A stretch of DNA of 23,522 nucleotides from Oligoflexales bacterium (GTDB taxonomy: Bacteria > Bdellovibrionota_B > Oligoflexia > Oligoflexales > CAIYRB01), in contig JBGSUI010000018.1 in the NCBI GenBank assembly GCA_041736175.1, positions 1-23,522 on the forward strand, in the 5' to 3' direction. The notes under the pieces were generated by a model. It searched no databases. It was not told where the DNA came from and was given only the letters and a program-made list of their open reading frames with translations. Of the stretch, positions 8,546 through 17,438 are shown one piece after another. Position 1 is the stretch's first letter, and each line of letters opens with the position of its first letter. The position numbers and the translations under genes were made by a program.

Positions 8546-9058
8546 ATGGAAAAGCAGCTACCAGAAAACCAGAAATCTCCATGGGGTTTTGATCAGCTCG
8601 AGTTGGCATTTGTTCAAGGGAAGGGCAAAGCCGTCTTTGCTAAAAAAGCCTTTACAAAAGGATCTATTGTTCTAGAATTTGTGGGTGCTAAGAGGCATGT
8701 CAGTGAGCTTAACGATCTCACCTATGCCCTTCAAATCGGTCCTACCATCTATTTAGAATCATCTGGTCTCCTAGACGATTATGTAAACCATTCCTGCGAT
8801 CCCAATACTGGAATCTGCCAGGATGCTTGCGGCCGAGTCCTTCTGTTTGCTCTGCAACCGATCGGGATTGGCGAAGAAATCACCTTTGACTACTCCACCA
8901 CCCAATCGGGCGGTCATTCCTCCATGTCTTGTTTATGTGGAACGGCCAACTGCCGAGGAACCATCAGCGATTTTAGCGAACTACCGGATGATCTCAAAAT
9001 CCACTATTGTCGACAAGGCGCTGTTTTAGAATACCTGCTTGCTGCTTCATCGAAGTAG
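8546..9058 (+). CDS. SET-domain protein-lysine methyltransferase with post-SET zinc motif
   Basis: GKGKAVFA, NHSCDPN, GEEITFDY and CLCGTANCRG. Confidence 0.92.
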   Translation: MEKQLPENQKSPWGFDQLELAFVQGKGKAVFAKKAFTKGSIVLEFVGAKRHVSELNDLTYALQIGPTIYLESSGLLDDYVNHSCDPNTGICQDACGRVLLFALQPIGIGEEITFDYSTTQSGGHSSMSCLCGTANCRGTISDFSELPDDLKIHYCRQGAVLEYLLAASSK

Positions 9059-9137
9059 AAATCTAAGGAAGTATACTGACTAAGATCCTCCGCTCTGTCA
9101 TGTTTTCCCATGTCGGCCCTTGTTATCCTAGACGAGG

Positions 9138-10013
9138 CTATGGCTCAAGACGGAGAGTCTTCGTCTCTATAGAGGTCTCAATCTTTGCGACTAAATCGGC
9201 GATCTTCTTTTTTGCGATCGGGCCGACCACAAAAGCAGCAAAAAGCCCAATCACAAAACCAAATCCATGGGCGGCGTAGCTTGTCGTCGGATGGAAAGTC
9301 GTCGGAAAAAGCAGGACAAGACCAACTCCCACGGCTCGAAGGACTTTTTTCCTCCACGGAAGGTTTTGTTCGAATCTAATATAGAGCACCAGCCACATCG
9401 CCACCATCCCATAGAGCATCCCAGATGCTCCGACTAACCGGCTTGATGGGGGGTAGACTATGATCGTCAAAAGGTTGGCCAGGATACCGACAACAAGAGC
9501 TGTCACTGGAAATATCAAAAATCCAAAAAACCCGTTAAGATAAAATCCAAAAACCAAAAATAACGGCATATTTGCGAGGAGATGGCCAATATCACTATGG
9601 ACCAAAAGGGCCGTCACTAGCCGCCACCATTCACCATCCTGAAACACCGCATGACCACTCACCCAACCTTCGCCCCCAGGGGTTGTCCAATGAAGAGTAC
9701 TCGCAATTAAGCAGAGGCAGGAGAGCGTCAAAACCGGTTTTGCGGCTTCAAAGCTTGGGTTTTCTGACAGGGGGCTTGGCGGCTTGGGCGGACTGGGCAA
9801 AAAATCTTGCTCCTCCCAGGTCTGGGGTGGACCTGAGGTAAACTCTCCGCCGAAGTCCTGGGGAGAAGCGTGGGGGACCGCGGGAGAGTCGCTCCCAACA
9901 AGAAGGTTCTCAGACAATTTTTCACCACTCCCTGGGACTCTTGGATACCGAAGAAGGTGAAAAAGCTTTTGAAAAATGGGTTGTAGGGATTTCAGCAATT
10001 CAGAAAATTCCAA
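9138..10013 (-). CDS. Rhomboid family intramembrane serine protease with Pro-rich N-terminal extension
   Basis: WWRLVTALLVHSDIGHLLANM, GASG and AHGFG motifs. Start codon is uncertain. Confidence 0.9.
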   Translation of the reverse strand: MEFSELLKSLQPIFQKLFHLLRYPRVPGSGEKLSENLLVGSDSPAVPHASPQDFGGEFTSGPPQTWEEQDFLPSPPKPPSPLSENPSFEAAKPVLTLSCLCLIASTLHWTTPGGEGWVSGHAVFQDGEWWRLVTALLVHSDIGHLLANMPLFLVFGFYLNGFFGFLIFPVTALVVGILANLLTIIVYPPSSRLVGASGMLYGMVAMWLVLYIRFEQNLPWRKKVLRAVGVGLVLLFPTTFHPTTSYAAHGFGFVIGLFAAFVVGPIAKKKIADLVAKIETSIETKTLRLEP

Positions 10014-10194
10014 AAATTGGTAAAAAGAAAATTAACCCGCCAAGATGGGCTCCTAAATCCTAGAGCTGACTGTAAGATGGCCGGTGGGTCCCCGATATAT
10101 CTCTTGGAAAAAGGTCCAGGTTCAACTAAGATTCTTTCAAAATAAGTCTAGTTTAGCACGGTTCTAAGTTTCAACGATAAGGAAGGCAACAATC

Positions 10195-11175
10195 ATGAAA
10201 GGATCCCACCCTATGAAAACTTTTACTCTTGGTACCTTAGGAATGGCAGCAGTCATCAGTGGACCCCTTGTCGCTGCTGACGCTGCGTTCCAAAACCATC
10301 TTTCAAGCCCCATCATGGTTTCCCCGACTCAAATCAATCAAGTCGAAGACACCAAAACCGATTTTGCCCTCGGATACTCCCTTAAAACGGATACCAATAA
10401 ATCAGATGGTAAAAGCACGGAGAACCTTAACTCCTCTACCGATGTTTTTGCTGGCGGTGTCTTCATCTTCAAAGACATCGGTCTACGCACCGGCCTAACA
10501 GCTTCCTATGAGGCAAAGTCCGAAGAAACAGAAGACAAAGTCGCCTTAGAGGGTTCGGAGATGACTGTATCCCCCCAGGCTGCCTTTTCTGCTGGCCCAA
10601 TCGTGATCGGTGCAGCAGTAGATGTTGTACAGGTTGCCTATAAGCCAAAAGAGTCCGAAGAAATGAGTACCGATTATTTCCGCTTCCGTCCAGGGGTGGC
10701 GTATTCCAATGAAAATATGGAAGCCGGAATCGTCTATACAAGTCCTACCCGCAAAGAAAACCCGGATGAACTCAAAGTGCAAGAACCTGCACTCGTCACC
10801 CTTCATGGACGCTATGGCATCACTTCTGACCTAGCTCTTGGCGGGATCGTAACCAACAAAAACTATAAACCCATTGACGAGGAAGCCTTTACGGACCAAC
10901 TGCTGGTCAAAGGCACCGCTGAGTACCTAGCCCCTAACTTCAAGGTCGAAGGTAATATGGGTTACAGCTCTGCTTACTATGAAAACAAAGAAGAAGATCT
11001 TTCCCAAGACACCATCGCTAACTTTATAGTTGGCGCCGGTGGCGACTATGCCCTCAATAAAACGGCAACTCTAGGGGCTTCGGCGTCCTACGAATTTGGA
11101 TCTGACTCCAACAAAACCGTTGAAGTGGCTAAAAACACGATTGGTGTTGCTGTTCGCGGCAATGTTAAATTCTAG
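10195..11175 (+). CDS. Putative outer-membrane beta-barrel protein (porin-like)
   Basis: Signal peptide, alternating amphipathic strands and a C-terminal Phe (VRGNVKF). Start is 10195 or 10213. Confidence 0.75.
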   Translation: MKGSHPMKTFTLGTLGMAAVISGPLVAADAAFQNHLSSPIMVSPTQINQVEDTKTDFALGYSLKTDTNKSDGKSTENLNSSTDVFAGGVFIFKDIGLRTGLTASYEAKSEETEDKVALEGSEMTVSPQAAFSAGPIVIGAAVDVVQVAYKPKESEEMSTDYFRFRPGVAYSNENMEAGIVYTSPTRKENPDELKVQEPALVTLHGRYGITSDLALGGIVTNKNYKPIDEEAFTDQLLVKGTAEYLAPNFKVEGNMGYSSAYYENKEEDLSQDTIANFIVGAGGDYALNKTATLGASASYEFGSDSNKTVEVAKNTIGVAVRGNVKF

Positions 11176-11195
11176 AATCCTGTGATCCCTAGGAT

Positions 11196-11230
11196 CTTTA
11201 GCGTTTGTTTATAAAATTCAAACGCTAAAG
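11196..11230. terminator. Hairpin between convergent genes, probable bidirectional terminator
   Basis: CTTTAGCGTTTG / CAAACGCTAAAG perfect 12-bp inverted repeat with an 11-nt loop. Confidence 0.7.
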
Positions 11231-11233
11231 TCC

Positions 11234-11428
11234 TTAGTACCTATTTCGTAGATTGATTTTCGCTTTCATCAAATCTCTGTCGAGATCAAACTTTATTTTT
11301 TCGTCCCTGACAGCAAATCCAGATGTGGCCCTCTGGTTTGGTTTTCGCCTAGTGGTGAAGAGCCTATTAACCATTTCGAAGACTCTGTTATAAATACTCA
11401 TTTGGATTACTTTTACGTTTTGTTCCAC
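11234..11428 (-). CDS. Small basic hypothetical protein
   Basis: GTG start with AAGGA 8 nt upstream. The stop abuts the hairpin. Confidence 0.5.
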   Translation of the reverse strand: MEQNVKVIQMSIYNRVFEMVNRLFTTRRKPNQRATSGFAVRDEKIKFDLDRDLMKAKINLRNRY

Positions 11429-11700
11429 TGACCATTCCTTTGCATGTGTTGATGGATTGGGGTCCTAAAACAGCAGATCTTCCCCCTATTCCCTTGGTCG
11501 AAGACCATCGAGCCCACCCCGAACATGCAAGAGGAGTGCCACACATTAATATTGGCTATAACATCAATAAATTATTGAATAATAATAGATGCCTTCCCCG
11601 TATGCTGAGAAGGACCAAACCACCATGGGAATCCTAGGTTCGCTGTGTTATTCTTGACCTTAACTGAATGCGTCCTTTTGGATATGGAGACAAAAAAAAT

Positions 11701-12867
11701 ATGAATATTCACGAGTACCAGGCGAAGCTGCTCTACCAACAAAATGGAATCCCCTGTCCGGAGGGTTATGTCGCTCGCACCGGAATCGAGGCCGAATTTG
11801 CTTTCCGTCGTCTTGGTGGCAAATTGGCGGTGGTCAAGGCCCAGATCCATGCCGGTGGCCGCGGCAAGGCTGGTGGCGTTAAACTCGTCAGAAGCGCCGA
11901 AGAAGCCCACTCCGTGACCGAAAAAATGATTGGGACAAGGCTGGTAACCCCCCAAACGGACGCCGAGGGAAAACTCGTTAGGAAAGTCTATATCGAGGCT
12001 GGGACCGATATCGACAAAGAGCTCTACTGTGCTTTCACCGTAGACCGTGAGACGGCAACCGTCGCCTTAATGGTTTCGACTGAGGGGGGTATGGATATCG
12101 AAGAGGTCGCCCACAAGACTCCCGAAAAAATCGCCACCCTTCGCATTGATCCGACCATCGGCTTTAAGCCCTTTCATAACCGCCAAATCGCTAAGCAGCT
12201 CAAACTTTCTCCAGAACTCGCCAAAGAAATGAGTGGGTTTTTGCAAAAGACCTACGCCATGTTTCTTAAGTACGACATGTCTCTGATCGAGATCAATCCC
12301 TTGGTGGTTACCAAACAAAATCGCTTGGTGGCCCTTGATGGCAAGATGAACTTTGACGACAATGCCCTTTATCGCCATCTTGATATCGAAACCATGCGAG
12401 ACTTTGAAGAAGAAGATCCACGGGAAATGGTGGCTTCAAAATACGGCCTAAACTACGTCGGACTCGATGGAAATATCGGTTGCATGGTCAATGGCGCTGG
12501 CCTCGCTATGGCAACCATGGATATCATCAAATTAAGCGGCGGGCATCCGGCTAATTTCCTCGATGTTGGGGGAGGAGCCACTAAAGAAATGGTGACCAAC
12601 GCTTTCAAAATCCTTTTGGCTGACCCCAAAGTTAAAGCTATTTTTGTAAATATCTTTGGCGGTATTATGCGCTGCGATGTGATCGCCGATGGTGTTATTT
12701 CTGCTGCCCGTGAGATTGGGATCAAAATCCCTGTAGTCGTCCGCCTCGAAGGAACCAATGTGGAACTCGGTCGCAGAATGCTAGAAGAGTCAGGGCTTAA
12801 AATCATTGCCGCTAAAAATATGAGCGATGGAGCTAGGATTGCTGTCGAAGCTGCCAAAAAAGGCTAG
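11701..12867 (+). CDS. sucC: Succinyl-CoA synthetase beta subunit
   Basis: MNIHEYQAK, VKAQIHAGGRGKAGGVK, GCMVNGAGLAMATMD and NFLDVGGGA. The true start is 11701, after GGAGA. Confidence 0.98.
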   Translation: MNIHEYQAKLLYQQNGIPCPEGYVARTGIEAEFAFRRLGGKLAVVKAQIHAGGRGKAGGVKLVRSAEEAHSVTEKMIGTRLVTPQTDAEGKLVRKVYIEAGTDIDKELYCAFTVDRETATVALMVSTEGGMDIEEVAHKTPEKIATLRIDPTIGFKPFHNRQIAKQLKLSPELAKEMSGFLQKTYAMFLKYDMSLIEINPLVVTKQNRLVALDGKMNFDDNALYRHLDIETMRDFEEEDPREMVASKYGLNYVGLDGNIGCMVNGAGLAMATMDIIKLSGGHPANFLDVGGGATKEMVTNAFKILLADPKVKAIFVNIFGGIMRCDVIADGVISAAREIGIKIPVVVRLEGTNVELGRRMLEESGLKIIAAKNMSDGARIAVEAAKKG

Positions 12868-12924
12868 TTTAGTTGTGGCACGAAAATGGGCAAAAAGTCA
12901 CACATGTCATGAGGAGATTCTAAA

Positions 12925-13800
12925 GTGTCAGTTTTAGTCAATAAAAACACTCGAGTTATCACCCAAGGAATCACGGGTAAATCGGGAGAATTTCATACCA
13001 AACTCTCCCACGAATACGCACCCCGGTTTGTTGGCGGAGTTACCCCTGGAAAGGGCGGGACGTCCCATATTGGTTTGCCCGTTTTTGATACGGTCCGCGA
13101 GGCCCGACATAAGACTGGGTGTAATGCCACGATGATCTTCGTGCCACCCCCCTTTGCTGCTGATGCGATTCTCGAAGCCATTGATGCTGAGATCGAGTTG
13201 ATCGTCTGCATCACCGAAGGGATTCCCGTCCTAGATATGGTCCCAGTACGAAAAGCCCTTGATCGGTCTAAAATATGCAGACTCATTGGTCCTAACTGCC
13301 CAGGTATCATCACCCCAGATGAGTGCAAGATCGGGATTATGCCTGGTTATATTCATAAGCGTGGCTCGGTTGGAATCGTCTCCAAATCAGGGACCTTGAC
13401 CTATGAGGCCGTTCACCAAACTACTACCCTGGGGCTTGGTCAAACCACCTGCATTGGTATCGGCGGTGACCCCATCAACGGTACTAACTTTATAGACGCT
13501 CTCACCCTCTTTGAGTCAGATCCTGAAACCAAGGGAATCATCCTTATCGGCGAGATAGGTGGGGATGCCGAGATAAAAGCAGCCCAATTTATCAAAGAAA
13601 ATATTACTAAACCCGTTGCCGCATTTATTGCTGGACAAACCGCACCCAAAGGCAAAAGGATGGGACATGCTGGGGCCATTATTTCGGGTGGTGGTGGCGG
13701 TACTGCTGCTGAAAAAATGGATGCGCTCAAGTCTGCTGGGGTATCTGTGGCCGCTTCGCCATCCGATATCGGTCTAGCTTTGCAAAAGGTTTACAAATAA
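12925..13800 (+). CDS. sucD: Succinyl-CoA synthetase alpha subunit
   Basis: [21 protein letters not shown] and RMGHAGAII (phospho-His). GAGGAG SD. Confidence 0.98.
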   Translation: MSVLVNKNTRVITQGITGKSGEFHTKLSHEYAPRFVGGVTPGKGGTSHIGLPVFDTVREARHKTGCNATMIFVPPPFAADAILEAIDAEIELIVCITEGIPVLDMVPVRKALDRSKICRLIGPNCPGIITPDECKIGIMPGYIHKRGSVGIVSKSGTLTYEAVHQTTTLGLGQTTCIGIGGDPINGTNFIDALTLFESDPETKGIILIGEIGGDAEIKAAQFIKENITKPVAAFIAGQTAPKGKRMGHAGAIISGGGGGTAAEKMDALKSAGVSVAASPSDIGLALQKVYK

Positions 13801-14163
13801 GTGTTAGGGATTAGGATTATAGGAGAAATTCAGGCGGATCTCTTTGTGGGGGACTTTAGAAAGTTCCACTGCGATGGTTGGTTTTTAGCCCATGAGGGTT
13901 TAGCCCATGGATTTAAGTATGCCTCAGCCCTAGGCCACAAACACCTAGGGATTGTCATACCGTCAGAGTTTTTAAAATCGAGCTCTGATGGAGATCACAA
14001 GGATATCCACCTTTTTATGGAAGACCTCAAGTCCCACCTTGGCACCAAGCCTCCCTTGAGGCGGGTGACCCTCATCCTTGAGGATCTTAAAGATTATAAA
14101 AGATATCAAGAAGCCTTTTGGCAGGTCTTTCCCGAAGACTCTTATGCTCACGGTTCGGTGTAG
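13801..14163 (+). CDS. Hypothetical protein, possibly a degenerate Macro-domain fold
   Basis: Starts immediately after the sucD stop. LFVGDFRKFHCD, A..LGHKHLGI and LRRVTLIL..KDY recall Macro strands and helices. Confidence 0.55.
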   Translation: MLGIRIIGEIQADLFVGDFRKFHCDGWFLAHEGLAHGFKYASALGHKHLGIVIPSEFLKSSSDGDHKDIHLFMEDLKSHLGTKPPLRRVTLILEDLKDYKRYQEAFWQVFPEDSYAHGSV

Positions 14164-14172
14164 GAGTGACCC

Positions 14173-15168
14173 ATGCCCATCATCCAAACCCAAGCCGCGA
14201 CACTTAAGACACTGAGCTACTACGGTACGGGGGGCCTCGCTCCTGTCTTGATTCCAAACAATATCGAAGATCTTTGTTATTTCCTAAAACACCGTGACTC
14301 TCAGCGACCCCTTGCGCTTTTGGGACTAGGCTCTAACTCCTTAGTCGGAGATAACCCTTATTTGGGTGAGTTTATTCTGTTTAAAAACTTAAACCAGATT
14401 CACATCGACGGGACCACATTGACTGCGGGAGCTGGCGTTGAAAACACGACTCTATCGACCTTTGCCCAAAAGGCCGGTCTGGCCGATGCGGACTGGATGT
14501 ACCGCCTTCCTGGCCAAGTGGGTGCCACAACCCGGATGAATGCTCGCTGCTATGGTGGAGAGATGAGCAAAATTGTTGCTGGGGTGACCACAATCACACC
14601 ACAAGGGGACGTTTGCGAATATCGGGATCCAGGAATGTTTCGGGGCTATAAAGATACAATATTCATGGACCAAACCCTCCTTATTGTCCAAGTAACACTT
14701 AAACTCACAAGGACCACCCACCCAGAAATCCTTCTTAAGAATATGCTGTCTTTTGAGTCTGATCGGGTGGCCAAGGGGCAGTTTGAAGCCCCTAGCTGTG
14801 GCTGCGTCTTTAAAAACGACTATGGAGTAGGCATCCCTAGCGGCATGCTCCTCGATGCCGCTGGAGCCAAAGGGCTTACTCGAGGTGGAGCCGAAGTCGG
14901 CCAGCAACATGCTAATTTTATTTTTAACCGCAAAGGGGCCACGGATCGAGACGTTCTAGAATTATCTTTTGACCTCCAAGACCGAGTCTACAATCTTTTT
15001 GGTGTTTGGTTGCAATACGAAATGGAGCTTTTAGGAGAATTTGCTCCAGATCTTAAGCAACGGTACTTATTAAAAAGGCCTCCCCAACCAAACCTAAAAA
15101 ACCTAAAGCCCCTTTTAGAGCGATTTAAAAAAAACCACTCTCCTAAGTCGATTGATCCTAACAATTAA
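14173..15168 (+). CDS. murB: UDP-N-acetylenolpyruvoylglucosamine reductase
   Basis: LGLGSNSL, PGQVGA..MNA, PSCGCVFKN, HANFIFN and LQYE motifs. Confidence 0.92.
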   Translation: MPIIQTQAATLKTLSYYGTGGLAPVLIPNNIEDLCYFLKHRDSQRPLALLGLGSNSLVGDNPYLGEFILFKNLNQIHIDGTTLTAGAGVENTTLSTFAQKAGLADADWMYRLPGQVGATTRMNARCYGGEMSKIVAGVTTITPQGDVCEYRDPGMFRGYKDTIFMDQTLLIVQVTLKLTRTTHPEILLKNMLSFESDRVAKGQFEAPSCGCVFKNDYGVGIPSGMLLDAAGAKGLTRGGAEVGQQHANFIFNRKGATDRDVLELSFDLQDRVYNLFGVWLQYEMELLGEFAPDLKQRYLLKRPPQPNLKNLKPLLERFKKNHSPKSIDPNN

Positions 15169-15186
15169 TACCGAGATTCCAAAGAT

Positions 15187-16002
15187 ATGAACTCCAATTT
15201 AGACTCTCAACTCCAACCCCTAAAAATTGCAGCTAAAAACTCCCCCTTTAGGCTCTGGTTTGACCTGACATTTCTCTTGGTGACTCGTGACTTAAGGGTT
15301 CGTTACCGCGGGTCTTTTTTAGGATACATCTGGAGCATGATGAACCCTATGCTTTATATGGCCATCTTATCCTTTGTTTTTTCCCATTTGATGCGTTTTC
15401 AGGTGGAAAACTATGCGGCCTTTGTTCTTTCAGGGATCATGATTTGGAATCTTTTTAGCCAAAGTCTAGGGATAGGGGTCAACAGCATCCTCGCCAATGG
15501 ATCTCTGCTACGAAAAGTTCGGGTTCCCGCTGCCTTGTTTCCTGCAGCGAGCGTCCTTTCGGTCCTTACCAATTTTATCCTCGCGCTGGTCCCTTTTCTC
15601 ATCGTTTCCCTTTTTCTAGGGGTCAAGCTGACCTACTGGATTCTCCTGTTGCCAGTGGTCTTACTCCCATACGTTTTGTTTATCTATGGTATCGCTCTTT
15701 TTATCGGGACTCTCAATGTACGATTCAGGGATATCGGCCACGTTGTAGAGCCACTCCTTTTGATGATCTTTTACGGCTCGCCCATTATCTACCAAGTGAG
15801 CCAATTGCCTCCTGAGTTTCAAATTTATGCTGGGCTCAATCCCATCTCTCATTTCCTTGAGGAGATTCGGGCGATTATGTTTTTTGGAAAACCCCCTACA
15901 CTCTATGGCCTCACGATTATGTCCGCTCTAGCCTGTGCCAGCTTAGCGATTGGGGTGACCACCTATAGACTTAACAAAAATAGATTTATTTATCATTTAT
16001 AG
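15187..16002 (+). CDS. wzm: Polysaccharide ABC exporter permease
   Basis: RDLRVRYRGSFLGYIWSMMNP, RFRDIGH, SPIIY and LNPI; multiple TM segments. Confidence 0.92.
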   Translation: MNSNLDSQLQPLKIAAKNSPFRLWFDLTFLLVTRDLRVRYRGSFLGYIWSMMNPMLYMAILSFVFSHLMRFQVENYAAFVLSGIMIWNLFSQSLGIGVNSILANGSLLRKVRVPAALFPAASVLSVLTNFILALVPFLIVSLFLGVKLTYWILLLPVVLLPYVLFIYGIALFIGTLNVRFRDIGHVVEPLLLMIFYGSPIIYQVSQLPPEFQIYAGLNPISHFLEEIRAIMFFGKPPTLYGLTIMSALACASLAIGVTTYRLNKNRFIYHL

Positions 16003-16059
16003 GAAATCAATCATTTGCCTCCCCATGGCAAAGTCCTCTACAACTCTCAAAAAGACTGA

Positions 16060-17376
16060 GTGATCGCATCTATGGATATCCAGCAAGACCCCAATCTCGT
16101 CGTCCAAGCAAAAAATATTAAAGTCTATTACGACATGCCTACCATGCGTCGCAATACTCTAAAAGAAACCATTATTGCCAAACTGAGGGGACAAAACGAG
16201 ACCATTGTTACCAAAGCCCTTGATGATGTCTCCTTCTATGCGAAAAAAGGGGAATGCGTCGCCTTAATCGGCCATAACGGTTGCGGCAAATCGACTTTTC
16301 TCAAGGTGATGGCAGGAATCCTCGATCCGGTCTCTGGAAAGATACTTACCCACGGGCGCGTCGCGCCTCTGATTGAGCTAGGTGCTGGGTTTGATCCTGA
16401 GCTTTCTGGTCGGGAAAACGTGCTTTTGTCTTGTAGTCTGATGGGTCTGACAAAAAAAGAAATCATCGAGCGCATGGACCTTATCAAAAGCTTTTCGGAG
16501 CTTGGGGATTTTTTTGATGCTCCTGTAAAAACCTATAGCAGCGGCATGTATATGCGCCTTGGTTTTGCCTGCACTACGGCCATTGATGCTGATCTACTGC
16601 TGATTGATGAGATTTTAGCGGTCGGTGATGAAAACTTCCAAAAAAAATGCATTAAGCGAATGGAAAAGATCCGTGTGTCAGGGGTGACCATTATTCTCGT
16701 GACCCATGATCTCAATGTGATCCGCAATATGGCGGATCGAGCCTATGTCCTTGACCATGGCAAGGTGGTTTACGAAGGAAAAGCTGGGCCTGCGGTCGAT
16801 CACTATCTCGCTCTTATGGAGGCCGAAAGGCTCGCTAGTATCTCGCGAGAGGAGTTAGAAGAGGACTCTAGACGGCAGAGTCTGGTTCTCAATGACCAGC
16901 ATCATGGAGAAAAAGTAAAGCACCTTGCTGGTTTTATAACAGTCGACCTGCTCAATGCCAAAGGCCCTACAAAGACCCTTATGACTGGTGAACCCTGGAC
17001 ACTCGAATTTAATATTCGAATCCACGAAACCATCGACAAACCTTTGGTGGCTGGATTTGCTGTCAACACGGCCCATGGCCTTCGACTCTTTGGAACCAAC
17101 ACTAAAACTCTCTTAGCCGGCAACAAACAAAATGACCTGCTAAGAATTCCTGGGTCCTACACCATTCGTTTTAATTGCACCGCAACCCCTTTAAGCACGG
17201 GGGAATACAGCGTCATTGCGGCATTGCATAATCACAGTTTAGACCAAACGATCCAGATTTTGGGGGATGCCATCCGCTTTAGGGTCGAGGATCCATTTGA
17301 CAAAAACAATTTTGATAAAGATCTTTTGGGATTTGATGCCTATGGTGCCAAAGTAGAAATAATTTCGAACAAATGA
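16060..17376 (+). CDS. wzt: Polysaccharide ABC exporter ATPase with C-terminal Wzt_C carbohydrate-binding domain
   Basis: Walker A GHNGCGKST, YSSGM signature, LLIDEILAVGD and a C-terminal Ig-like extension. Confidence 0.93.
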   Translation: MIASMDIQQDPNLVVQAKNIKVYYDMPTMRRNTLKETIIAKLRGQNETIVTKALDDVSFYAKKGECVALIGHNGCGKSTFLKVMAGILDPVSGKILTHGRVAPLIELGAGFDPELSGRENVLLSCSLMGLTKKEIIERMDLIKSFSELGDFFDAPVKTYSSGMYMRLGFACTTAIDADLLLIDEILAVGDENFQKKCIKRMEKIRVSGVTIILVTHDLNVIRNMADRAYVLDHGKVVYEGKAGPAVDHYLALMEAERLASISREELEEDSRRQSLVLNDQHHGEKVKHLAGFITVDLLNAKGPTKTLMTGEPWTLEFNIRIHETIDKPLVAGFAVNTAHGLRLFGTNTKTLLAGNKQNDLLRIPGSYTIRFNCTATPLSTGEYSVIAALHNHSLDQTIQILGDAIRFRVEDPFDKNNFDKDLLGFDAYGAKVEIISNK

Positions 17377-17438
17377 TTAAAATCCTGGTTTCACTCTTTG
17401 TATCTTCTTGACGCCCGCCTTTTCTACAGGATAGTCCT

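Noticed and set aside
11668..11700. Longer sucC start in the ORF track
   Set aside because: The conserved MNIHEYQ start and its SD point to 11701.
11572..13730. Long antisense ORFs within sucC/sucD
   Set aside because: Shadow frames of highly conserved genes.
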